64,000 nt of DNA from Alphaproteobacteria bacterium (GTDB lineage Bacteria; Pseudomonadota; Alphaproteobacteria; Bin95): the NCBI GenBank assembly GCA_964291285.2, contig OZ219788.1, positions 384,001 through 448,000 on the forward strand, read 5' to 3'. The position numbers were made by a program, and so were the translations under genes. The notes under the pieces are model-generated. The model had not been told where the DNA came from and made no database searches. It saw nothing but the letters and a program-made list of their open reading frames with translations. Shown piece after piece: positions 20,078 through 28,712 of this stretch (the first letter of the stretch is position 1; every line of letters begins with the position of its first letter).

Positions 20078-21773
20078 CCTAAATCCGGCAGTTGACGAGC
20101 TTGATCGCTGTCTCGGGGTAGTGTGAACGGTCGGATTTGGGCGTGGATTTCAGCACGTGGTCGCGGCCCTGGGTGGCGGCAGCCAGGGTTGACGCCCCGG
20201 TTCGCGGCCATGGAGGTATTTCCTGAGCGCCTCGGCGAGGATGCGGCGCCAGCGATCCCCGGCGCTCAACTGCTCCGCAGTTTGCGTCAGCGACCGGAAG
20301 AAGCCGGCGATCCGGCGCAGCGCCGCCATCACCGTCTTGCGACGCCCGTGATGGGAGGTCACCGTCAGCCGGGTCTGGCCGGCGTGGTGGGTCTGGCGGG
20401 CAACCCCGTGCAGGAGCAGCGGCCGGCTGGTGATCGCCTCGCGGTGATGGTCGGGGTCGGCGAGGCGCACGAACAGGCTCCACCAGTTGTAGATGAGCGC
20501 GATCAGCCGGGCCATGTGCCGGCAGCGCGTCAGGTCGCGCGTGGTGAAGCCGCCCCAACCCCACTGGTTCTTCAACTCGTCGAAGCCGTTCTCCGCGTCC
20601 GCCCGGTCGCGGTAGAGCTGGGCCAGCGAGCGTATCTCCAGGTCCAGCGAGGTCGCCAGCACCGCGAACTCCCACACCCCGGTGCCGGGCTGCGCCTCGG
20701 TCCAGAACAGCTCGCCCTGGGCCTTGTCGCCACGCGTCAGCGCCAGCGTCGCAGGAAGCCGCCGACGCAGCACCACAACCCGGCGCGTCCGGCTCCAGCC
20801 CTGCAGACGCAGATCGGCCCCGATCCCCGACCAGCCCTGGCCTGCATCCTCCCAGCCGTCCCGCACCATCAGCCGCTCGGCAAGCCGGCGCGCCCCCTTC
20901 GTCAGGCGCAGCTTGAACAAATAGTCCAGACCCGCAGCCTCGCACGACGCCATGTTGGCCTCGCTGCCCCAGTCCTTATCGCCCCGCACCAGACGCGGCC
21001 AGCGATCCCGACCGAGACGGTCGAGCAACGCCCACAAGGACGGCGCCGCGCGCCTCGAATGGTGATGGTTGCCCGGCGCCACCTCGACATCCAGAACAAG
21101 CCGCGTGCCCGCCATCAGGAACGCATGGCAGGCATGCGAGGGGCGGCCCGGCTTCTTCGGGTTGTAGCTCACAACCGCCCCCTCCTGACGACCGTAAAGC
21201 GCCTTGATCGTCGTGTCGCAGTCCAGAACCCACGGCTCCCTCAGCAGCGGACGGACCACCTCGTCCAGATGGCCCTGAAGCCACGATGTGCCGACATCCG
21301 CACCGATCCGCTCCAGACCGCGCCGCACCGAATCCTCGCTCGCAACCTTGTCCATACCCAGCAGCGCAGGGTTCACCCCGTCGCCGCGCAGCGACGTGAT
21401 GTGCGCATAGCGAGACTGCCCCGCCAGAACCGACAGAAGAACCGTCCCCAGGACATCCCGCTTCGACGGCGCGTTCGGGCTCGTGTAGTGCAGCGGGCAG
21501 TCCGCAACCAAAGCGTCAAAGCGACCGCTTACCTTCAGGTATTCCGAGAAAAACGCCAGATGCCCCAGCGGCGTCACCGCCGCATCAGGGTCCCATTCCA
21601 CATGAACCGCGCCGCCGAAGGTGTCCACCTTCACCGACGCTCGGGCGACATCCCGCACAGCGCCAGGATAATCACCCAAAGGGTGAGCCTCTTCGGCCCC
21701 TGAAAAGCCGCTCATACCCGCAGACTACAAGGGATTCGGCAAGGCCAAGCCATCCTCAACTGCCGGATTTAGG
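20078..21773 (-). mobile_element. IS1380-family element, complete
   Basis: 18-bp perfect IR CCTAAATCCGGCAGTTGA; 5-bp target duplication ATCAA (20073-20077 and 21774-21778). Confidence 0.9.
20150..21715 (-). CDS. IS1380-family DDE transposase
   Basis: LDCDTT..LYGRQEGA..SYNP.KPGRPSH, VRGD, YRDRADAENGFDELKNQW. Confidence 0.88.
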   Translation of the reverse strand: MSGFSGAEEAHPLGDYPGAVRDVARASVKVDTFGGAVHVEWDPDAAVTPLGHLAFFSEYLKVSGRFDALVADCPLHYTSPNAPSKRDVLGTVLLSVLAGQSRYAHITSLRGDGVNPALLGMDKVASEDSVRRGLERIGADVGTSWLQGHLDEVVRPLLREPWVLDCDTTIKALYGRQEGAVVSYNPKKPGRPSHACHAFLMAGTRLVLDVEVAPGNHHHSRRAAPSLWALLDRLGRDRWPRLVRGDKDWGSEANMASCEAAGLDYLFKLRLTKGARRLAERLMVRDGWEDAGQGWSGIGADLRLQGWSRTRRVVVLRRRLPATLALTRGDKAQGELFWTEAQPGTGVWEFAVLATSLDLEIRSLAQLYRDRADAENGFDELKNQWGWGGFTTRDLTRCRHMARLIALIYNWWSLFVRLADPDHHREAITSRPLLLHGVARQTHHAGQTRLTVTSHHGRRKTVMAALRRIAGFFRSLTQTAEQLSAGDRWRRILAEALRKYLHGREPGRQPWLPPPRAATTC

Positions 21774-22791
21774 ATCAACCGCTTCATGTTCTACGACCAT
21801 CTGCGCGCAGAGGAGGGAGCCGGGGCTATCGAACTGGCGGTCCATGCGCTCGGATGCACCCCGCCGGACGCCATCGACTTCCTCGCCGAACTGTCCGACC
21901 TCTCAATGCCCCCAGGCGGCCGCCGGCAGGCGCCGGCCAAGGACCCCCGCTGGCCCAACCTCCGGCGATACCTCGTCGAGCGGCGCGGCCTCGCGGACGC
22001 GCTCGTCACCCTGTGCCGCGACCTCGGCCTGGTCCATGCCGACCCTCACGGCAACCCCGTGTTCGTCCGCCGAAACGCCGCCGGCGAGGCTACCGGCATC
22101 GAAACCGTCACCGCTGACCGCAAAACGACCGCGGGCGGCGGCTTCTGGATGTCCTGGGAGACCGAATGGCCACACGCCGTCATCCTGGCCGGCAACGCCC
22201 TCGACGCACTCTCCATCCTCTCCCTCCACCTCGGCCCGGTAAAACGCACCGAATGCGCCACCGTCTCCACCGGCGCCGTCGCCACCAAAGTCCCCAAATG
22301 GATCGAGGCATGGAACCCGCGCCTCATCTTCTGTGCATACGACGCCACCACAAACGGCGATCACGCCGCAAGGCGCCTCGCCCGCAACGACACCAGAATC
22401 GTCCGGCTGCGACCCGCACTCGACAACCGGGACTGGAACGACATGCTCATCCGCGACCGAGCCGGCGAACCAATCGAAACCGATGACCAACAGATCAACT
22501 GAAAAACCGCAACCGGCCGAAAAATGTCAGCGAATAGGCGCGCTCTGTAACCGTCGCTAACACCCTGCGATCTTCACGGTCGTCGACTTTCACGGTCCGC
22601 CCCTGGAGCTTCTTGGCCGGGCCGCAGGGAGCGGAGCGACCGGAGGACCCCGCAGGGGTTGCTGTCGCGAGCCCGTGTGACACGATTGGAGATCACAGCG
22701 GGGTGGCGTATTTCTCTCGCCCTGCACGGACCCCATCGGCGGTTCGTCCGGCACGGCGCCGGAGCGGGAGGCGCCGTTGCCCGCCCTTGCG

Positions 22792-23019
22792 TCAGTTCCA
22801 CAGGGGATGGGAGTCGACCCGCTGCCGGGCGGTCTCGCGGATGCGGGTGCGGTCGTGGAGATACACCGGCCCGCGCGGGTCCTCGTCGAGATGTATGGCG
22901 AACACCCTGCGCCCCGGCCGGATGCTGTCGTCGAAGGCGTGGACGTCGCCGACATGGTCGCCGTCCCGGTAGATGCGGGATTCGTCGGGGGCGATGCGGC
23001 GGAAGGAGATGGTGCTCAT
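22792..23019 (-). CDS. 75-aa hypothetical protein
   Basis: GGAGAA RBS then MSTISFRRIAPDESRIY...HPLWN; protein-like composition. Confidence 0.6.
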   Translation of the reverse strand: MSTISFRRIAPDESRIYRDGDHVGDVHAFDDSIRPGRRVFAIHLDEDPRGPVYLHDRTRIRETARQRVDSHPLWN

Positions 23020-23078
23020 CGGGTTCTCCGGGTAGCGTGACGGGTGCGCGAGCGGGCTTCCTCTCCTCCTCGCGCGGT

Positions 23079-23651
23079 TCACCCGCTTTCCAGCCTCGCT
23101 CCCACTCCCGTATGCGCCGCGGCGAGACTCGAACCTGCCCGCATGAGAAAAGGGCCGACGCGCGAGGCGCCGGCCCTGTGGGGAGGGAAGAACGGGAAGC
23201 TCTGGAACGGGATATGGTCCCCGTCCATCGGGTCGCCGCCGGCCGGCGCGGCGCCGTCCGCCGCGTCCGGGCCGGGCTGCATCCGTTCGGCGTTGCCGTT
23301 CGGCTTGTCGAGGAACTGGACGCGCCCGCCGGGGACCAGCAGGATCTCGGTCGAGAAGCGGTCGCCGTCCTCGCCCGGCTTCGACCAGCGCCGGGTCTGG
23401 AGCTTGCCGTCGATGTAGACCAGCCGGCCCTTGGTGGCGTGCCTGGCGAGCATGTCGATCAGCCCGTCCTGGAAGGTCACGACCCGGTGCCACTCGGTCC
23501 TGTCGACCTTCTCGCCGGTCTGCTTGTTGATGAACGACTCGTCGGTCGCGATGCTCAGGTTGGCGACGCGGCCGCCGTTCTGCAGGTGGTTGATGGTGAC
23601 GTCCGCGCCGAGGCGGCCGATGATCTGCGCCTTGTTCAGTCCGAAGCTCAT
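23079..23651 (-). CDS. ssb: Single-stranded DNA-binding protein with apparent loss of its natural stop codon
   Basis: LNKAQIIGRLGAD, TEWHRVV, KG.LVYIDGKLQTRRW, acidic tip GDHIPF followed by CAG. Confidence 0.9.
   Translation of the reverse strand: MSFGLNKAQIIGRLGADVTINHLQNGGRVANLSIATDESFINKQTGEKVDRTEWHRVVTFQDGLIDMLARHATKGRLVYIDGKLQTRRWSKPGEDGDRFSTEILLVPGGRVQFLDKPNGNAERMQPGPDAADGAAPAGGDPMDGDHIPFQSFPFFPPHRAGASRVGPFLMRAGSSLAAAHTGVGARLESG
23146..23177 (-). terminator. Terminator-like hairpin downstream of the ssb IPF tip
   Basis: GGGCCGGCGC-loop-GCGTCGGCCC followed by TTTTCT. Confidence 0.6.
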
Positions 23652-23663
23652 TGCGATACTCCT

Positions 23664-23963
23664 TCAGGTTCGCGTTGATGACGATGGGTTGCGAACGACC
23701 GGGGCCGGGGTCACTCCCCCGACCCCCCGACCGTTCAATCTCTTCAGGCCCTCCTCCACCTCCGGTTTGCCGGAGGGAGCGACGCCGCCGGGTTCCGGGA
23801 AGAGGCTCGCGAAGCCGTGCACCGGACAGGCCGCGCCCCTGTCGGGGCAGCGGATGGCGCGCTCGTCCCCGGCGATCTCGCGGACGGTGCGACAGTCGAC
23901 GCCGAGTTCGGCGAGCAGGTCGCAGCCAAGCGGAAGGTCGAGGGGTGTATCGGGATGGAACAT
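23664..23963 (-). CDS. Small Cys-containing hypothetical protein
   Basis: GAGGAGA RBS then MFHPDTPLDLPLGCDLL...RCPD...CPVH; 3' end uncertain. Confidence 0.45.
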   Translation of the reverse strand: MFHPDTPLDLPLGCDLLAELGVDCRTVREIAGDERAIRCPDRGAACPVHGFASLFPEPGGVAPSGKPEVEEGLKRLNGRGVGGVTPAPVVRNPSSSTRT

Positions 23964-24153
23964 GGGCGGGGTCTCCTCTGCCGTGCCCTGCCCGGCGACC
24001 TGTGCCGGACACCGGTCCGGCATTGGCGGGGAGTCCTCTCCTCCGCCCTGCCGGCACTCGCCCGGCAGGCGCTTTCCTCCTCCTCCACGACACAGGGACG
24101 ACGCGGCGGACCGCGGCCAGGCGAGCGCCGCCATCGCCGCCCGGGACAGCATG

Positions 24154-25164
24154 TCAGGTCCAGGCGGTGAAGGAGGCGGTGACGGGGGCGTCGGCGACGA
24201 TCTCGACGCGGTTGCGGTCGAGCTTCCCGAAGGCGAGGCAGAGGGCGACATCGGCCGGATCGTCGAACGGACCGTGCTCGCGGCCGGTCTCCAGTTCGAT
24301 CACGGTCCAGACCGGCTCGTGGACCGGGATGCCCCTGAAATGCGCCGAGCCTTGATACGACCTCCCGGCACAGGGCGCACAGCGCGCCGCCCCCTGTGAC
24401 GGCGCCCCGCAGGCCGTGCACAGGCCGGCGGCCCGGCGTCGGGCGTACAACTGCCGGGAGCGCGCGTTCTTGCGCTCCGGTTTCCGGCCGGCCTTTTCGA
24501 TGGCGGCGCAGGGGTCGCAGCGCGAGAGGCCGTCGAAGGCCGGCTGCCCGCAGCGTGTGCAGCGGCCCCCGGTCCTGCGTTCGTCATATTGCCGCCGTTC
24601 CGCCGCCTGCCTCCTGTCCCGGCAGGGCTGGCAGGTGGTTCCGCCCTCGACGGGGGGACGCTTGCCGCAGCGGATGCAGAGGCCGGCCCCGGTCCTTGCC
24701 TTCTGGCGGCGCCTGCTTTTGAGGCGGGCGGCCTTGCGTTTCGCCTCCGCATTGGCGCCGCCATAGGGCAGCCCGGCCGCCTTGCCGGCGGCGTAGCGGG
24801 CGCGGTCGTCGGCGCGGCGCTTCTCCAGGCACGGCTCGCACGACGCGCGGCCCTTCACGGCCGGCGCATTGCCGCAGCGGGTGCAGAGGCCTTTGGCGGC
24901 CCTTTGTTCCCTCTTGCTGCGGGTGCGCTGGCGCTCGGACTGCCGTGCGGTTTCGGGGTCTCTTCGCGGTGTGCCCGCGGCCCGCAGACGGGCATCGCGG
25001 GCGCGGCTGCGGGCCGCGGCGCACCCGGCGCAGACGCTGCGCCCCGGCGCGGGCGGGACCTTGCCGCAGCGCGGACACAGGCCCCGGGCGATACGCGATG
25101 CGGTGCGCCGGGCGATACGCTCGCGCTCGCGGGCCTTGCGGACTTCCGGGTCCCGGCAAGCCAT
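24154..25164 (-). CDS. Highly basic protein with five CxxCG...CxxC repeats
   Basis: GAGGAG RBS 7 nt before ATG; five Cys4 units separated by Arg-rich spacers, plus an acidic C-terminal domain. Confidence 0.8.
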   Translation of the reverse strand: MACRDPEVRKARERERIARRTASRIARGLCPRCGKVPPAPGRSVCAGCAAARSRARDARLRAAGTPRRDPETARQSERQRTRSKREQRAAKGLCTRCGNAPAVKGRASCEPCLEKRRADDRARYAAGKAAGLPYGGANAEAKRKAARLKSRRRQKARTGAGLCIRCGKRPPVEGGTTCQPCRDRRQAAERRQYDERRTGGRCTRCGQPAFDGLSRCDPCAAIEKAGRKPERKNARSRQLYARRRAAGLCTACGAPSQGAARCAPCAGRSYQGSAHFRGIPVHEPVWTVIELETGREHGPFDDPADVALCLAFGKLDRNRVEIVADAPVTASFTAWT

Positions 25165-25250
25165 GGCCATTCTCCTCGTCGATGGTGCGGGGTCGGGCAG
25201 GAGACGCCCGGCCGGCGGCGGGCCGGCCGGACGTCCGGCGAGGCGGGCGG

Positions 25251-25463
25251 TCAGCCGCGCTGGCGGCGGTCGGCGAAGATCCCGAGGCTGCGCCAGCCCC
25301 ACAGCTGCACCCCGCAATGCCGCAGTCTGACCCCCGTCGCGATGATGATCTCGTCCCGGGCCGGACGCATCTCCTCAAGCGCCTTCGCGGTGACGATCGT
25401 GCCCCGGGCCTTGCGACGGCCCTTGCATGCCGTGCCGCCGGACCGGACGGGAACGATCTCGCC
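25251..25463. repeat. 213-bp direct repeat, copy 1
   Basis: Near-identical to 29336-29548 (about 8 mismatches counted by eye). Confidence 0.92.
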
Positions 25464-25577
25464 ATTCGCGAGCGAGCGGAACCGCTCCAGGACATAACGG
25501 TCGTCCTCGAGACCGCCGCCGACGAAGTGGATGAGATAGGTGCGCGCGTCGCCGCGCGGTGCGATTGCTGCCTGCAT
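25251..25577 (-). CDS. 108-aa hypothetical protein; 3' part duplicated at 29336-29548
   Basis: AAGGAG RBS then MQAAIAPRG...LGIFADRRQRG. Confidence 0.55.
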   Translation of the reverse strand: MQAAIAPRGDARTYLIHFVGGGLEDDRYVLERFRSLANGEIVPVRSGGTACKGRRKARGTIVTAKALEEMRPARDEIIIATGVRLRHCGVQLWGWRSLGIFADRRQRG

Positions 25578-25808
25578 CGTGTCGTGCTCCTTCGACAGGT
25601 GAATGGGAACGGCGGCAGCGCTGCTCTCCCTCCGGAGCGCCGACCGCCGCCCCACTCACGGCCAGACCTCGCCTCCTGCCGGTGGAAGACGCGTGGATGG
25701 AGACGCCGGCAGGACGGCCATGCAGCGGACAGGAGCGCGGCGCGAGTTGAAAAGCCACACCGGGCATCATAAAAGGAGGCATGAAGGCGGATGTGCGCGA
25801 GGCTCGGG

Positions 25809-26192
25809 TTGCGGACGTTCAAGACCAGGGCGTTCGCCCGTTTCGCCGACCGCGAGGGGCTGGAGGATGCGGCATTGTGCGAGGCCGTCCGGCGCGCCGG
25901 GGAGGGGCTGGTCGACGCCGAGCTCGGTGGCGGCGTCATCAGGCAGCGCATCGCCCGCAAGGGCGGCGGCCGGTCCGGAGGGTTCCGCACGATCGTGATG
26001 TTCCGTCGAGGCGAACTGGCGTTCTTCGTGCACGGGTTTGCGAAGAGCGCCCGGGACAACATCCGGCGCAAGGAACTTTCGGGGCTGCGATTGCTGGCAC
26101 ACGAGTATCTGGCGCTGGATGCGGCGGGTCTTGCGGTCGCGCAGGCGACTGGATCGACAATCGAGGTGGAATGCGATGACCGGGCAGTATGA
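25809..26192 (+). CDS. RelE/HigB-like type II toxin
   Basis: FKTR.FARFA, DAELGGGVI.QRIAR.GGGRSGGFRT, FVHGFAKS..DNI; TTG start inferred. Confidence 0.85.
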   Translation: MRTFKTRAFARFADREGLEDAALCEAVRRAGEGLVDAELGGGVIRQRIARKGGGRSGGFRTIVMFRRGELAFFVHGFAKSARDNIRRKELSGLRLLAHEYLALDAAGLAVAQATGSTIEVECDDRAV

Positions 26193-26493
26193 GAGCGAGG
26201 TGCTGGCTTCGGTGCACGAGGCGGCGCTCGGCCTGGCCGAAGCGGGCGTGATGTCGAAACGGACCATGCGGAAGTTCGACGAGATGTGCCTCACGCCCGT
26301 CAAGGAGATGACGCCGGAAGACATTCGCGCGCTTCGGCTGCGCGAGAACGCGAGCCAGGCGGTGTTCGCGCGCTACCTCAACGTGACGACGGGTCTTGTG
26401 AGCCAGTGGGAGCGCGGCGAGAAGCACCCCCGCGGCACCTCTCTGAAGCTGCTGACGCTGGTGGAGAAGAACGGCCTCGGTGCGGTCGCGTGA
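26176..26493 (+). CDS. HigA-like XRE HTH antitoxin
   Basis: IRALR..ENASQAVFARYLNV....SQWERGEK.P.G.SLKLL; overlaps the toxin. Confidence 0.88.
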   Translation: MTGQYESEVLASVHEAALGLAEAGVMSKRTMRKFDEMCLTPVKEMTPEDIRALRLRENASQAVFARYLNVTTGLVSQWERGEKHPRGTSLKLLTLVEKNGLGAVA

Positions 26494-26568
26494 AACCACG
26501 CACCGATCGCGCCTCCGCCCTGCGCAACCGGGGCGTACTCGAGTTCGACATGACCAGGCAGTTGCACC

Positions 26569-27330
26569 GTGGGCGCTGAATCTGCAATCGAGTGGACCGA
26601 CGCAACGTGGAATCCGGTGACGGGCTGCACGAAGATCACCCGCGGCTGTGACCACTGCTACGCGGAGCGCTTCGCCGAGCGATGGCGCGGTGTTCCCGGG
26701 CACCCCTATGAGCAGGGATTCGACCTGCGACAGTGGCCGTCGCGGCTCGATCAGCCCGCACGATGGCGCAAGCCGCGAATGATCTTCGTCAATTCCATGA
26801 GCGACCTGTTTCACAAGAAGGTCGAGCGGAGCTTTGTCGACAGCGTATTCGAAACGATGGAGGTCGTGGACAGGCACGTCTATCAGATCCTGACAAAACG
26901 CAGTTCGCTCATGAGGAACTACTTGCGACGCCGGTACGCCGACGGTTCGGCTCCCCACCACATATGGTGCGGAGTGTCCGTTGAAGACAGCTCGGCAACT
27001 GCAAGAATCGAACATTTGCGAACGGCGCCGGCGGCGGTGCGGTTCCTCTCGATTGAGCCGCTTTTGGGTCCCGTCGGAAACATCGACCTGGACGGGATTT
27101 CCTGGGTGATTGTAGGAGGAGAAAGCGGCCCGCAGGCCCGACCCATGCAACCGGAATGGGTCCGGGACATACGCGACCTCTGCGCACGTGCTGGCGTGCC
27201 GTTCTTCTTCAAGCAGTGGGGCGGGCAAACGCCGAAGGCCGGCGGCCGCAAGCTGGAGGGAATGGAGCATAACGCAATGCCCGGGCTACTGACCGAGAAG
27301 GACGACCATGCCGTTCAAATGGCACCCTGA
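26569..27330 (+). CDS. DUF5131 (phage Gp37/Gp68-like) three-Cys-motif protein
   Basis: SAIEWTDATWNPVTGCTKITRGCDHCYA (Cx6Cx2C), FVNSMSDLFH, QILTKR, WVIVGGESG, PFFFKQWGG. Confidence 0.92.
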   Translation: MGAESAIEWTDATWNPVTGCTKITRGCDHCYAERFAERWRGVPGHPYEQGFDLRQWPSRLDQPARWRKPRMIFVNSMSDLFHKKVERSFVDSVFETMEVVDRHVYQILTKRSSLMRNYLRRRYADGSAPHHIWCGVSVEDSSATARIEHLRTAPAAVRFLSIEPLLGPVGNIDLDGISWVIVGGESGPQARPMQPEWVRDIRDLCARAGVPFFFKQWGGQTPKAGGRKLEGMEHNAMPGLLTEKDDHAVQMAP

Positions 27331-28564
27331 CGACCCGCCGCCGTCCATCGAACCGCATAGCAAGGCGAAACTGGAGGTTTTGCGCAGCTATCTTCGAGCG
27401 TACTACGACAGGCTGAACGTGAAGCCCGTCCGAGAGGAGTTCAAGCTCGACCTTGTTGACGGGTTTGCGGGCGGAGGTCTATTCCTTGATGATGAAACTG
27501 CCGAAGTTTCGGGTACGCCCTTGGTCATGCTCGAAGAAACCGAGAGGGCGAGCGTCCGGCTAAACGAGAAGCGCGCGAAACAACTTCACATCGATTGCAG
27601 GTTCTGTTTTGTCGATAAGGAGGAGGCGCATACGGACCATCTGCGAAGGATCCTCAGAGAGCGTGGCCATCGTGTCGATGATGACAGAATCGTTATCAGA
27701 AACGGCCTCTTCGAGAATGAGGTCGAGGGCATTATCAACTCAGTTCGACAGCGGCAACCCCGTTCCGGGCGCGCGATTTTCCTTCTCGACCAGACCGGAT
27801 TCTCGCAGGTGCAACTCTCGCTTGTGTCTCGGATTTTTAGTGAGTTGCCAGCGGCCGAAGTGATACTGACTTTTGCAGCCGATGCTCTCGTCAACTACTT
27901 GGCAGAGACTCCACAGATTGTCAAGATGGTAGCACCGATTCAGTTGACCGATTCGCAGATTCATGACCTGATCCGGGAAAGAGACGGAGACGGCGGCAGA
28001 GCGCTTGTGCAAAGAACACTGCGCAACCACGTCCGGATAGTAACCGGCGCAGTCTACGATACGCCTTTTTTCATTCGGCCAGGGCAGTCAAGGCGCGCTT
28101 TATGGTTTCTCCACCTTTCAAGACACCCAACGGCGCGCGATGTGATGATTCAACGGCATTGGGACATTCAGAATACCTTCGAACACTATGGACGAGGGGA
28201 TTTCGGTATGTTGGGCTGGGATGCCTTGAAGAACTCGGATACCCTTCCGTTGTTCCAGTTCGGTGAACTCGATGAGAAGCAAATGCGAACGGAGCTGTTG
28301 GACTCTCTTCCTCGGGAGCTGTCCGGGCTGGTGTCTGAACACCCTGTCACCATGGACGCCGTGCGGCATATGCTTGCGAACCGGACGGCTGCGCGATTTT
28401 CCGATCTGGATCAAGTCATTGTGAGGCTCGTGCAGGAAGGAGAGTTCGAAATCGTCAATGAGGAAGGCAAGGTGAGGTCTCGGTCAGTTCAGCGATTGGC
28501 TCCAACAGATCGCTTGGCGCTTCCGTCCACGCTGTTGCTTCCGGGGCTGTCTCGCCGAGCATGA
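27308..28564 (+). CDS. tcmP: Three-Cys-motif partner protein (methyltransferase-like fold)
   Basis: HSKAKLEVLRSYL, VDGFAGGG, FLLDQTG; overlaps DUF5131; visibly lower GC than flanks. Confidence 0.8.
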   Translation: MPFKWHPDDPPPSIEPHSKAKLEVLRSYLRAYYDRLNVKPVREEFKLDLVDGFAGGGLFLDDETAEVSGTPLVMLEETERASVRLNEKRAKQLHIDCRFCFVDKEEAHTDHLRRILRERGHRVDDDRIVIRNGLFENEVEGIINSVRQRQPRSGRAIFLLDQTGFSQVQLSLVSRIFSELPAAEVILTFAADALVNYLAETPQIVKMVAPIQLTDSQIHDLIRERDGDGGRALVQRTLRNHVRIVTGAVYDTPFFIRPGQSRRALWFLHLSRHPTARDVMIQRHWDIQNTFEHYGRGDFGMLGWDALKNSDTLPLFQFGELDEKQMRTELLDSLPRELSGLVSEHPVTMDAVRHMLANRTAARFSDLDQVIVRLVQEGEFEIVNEEGKVRSRSVQRLAPTDRLALPSTLLLPGLSRRA

Positions 28565-28712
28565 AACATCGCAAGCAACGAATTGGATCTGTGCAGGTCC
28601 GTGCACCGGGGTGCATCGTTGAATCCACGGATCCGCGAGTGGGATATCCGCGCGTATGCGATAGCCACACAGGCGGCGTCCGGGCGGTCGTGGCGCATTT
28701 GAGGCGCGTGCC

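Larger units (their letters stand above)
19929..22502 (+). pseudogene. DUF3991/Toprim primase-like gene interrupted by IS1380 (290 aa when rejoined)
   Basis: Removing the IS and one ATCAA copy restores the frame ...SVLSIN-RFMFYDH...; motifs YL..RRGL, DALS, AYD...GD, DWND.L. Confidence 0.78.
16813..22562 (+). mobile_element. IS21-derived transposable unit carrying a Cys-rich ORF, istA, istB and a Toprim gene
   Basis: TG...CA ends with imperfect IRs: TGTAGGTGACGGTCGTAAAAGGCGCTTATTTGCTG versus reverse complement of the right end TGTTAGCGACGGTTACAGAGCGCGCCTATTCGCTG. Confidence 0.72.

Noticed and set aside
23110-23145. tRNA T-arm-like string (minus strand GCAGGTTCGAGTCTCGCC) as a possible tRNA or att remnant
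   Set aside because: T-stem is mismatched; no D arm, anticodon arm or CCA; no integrase nearby.
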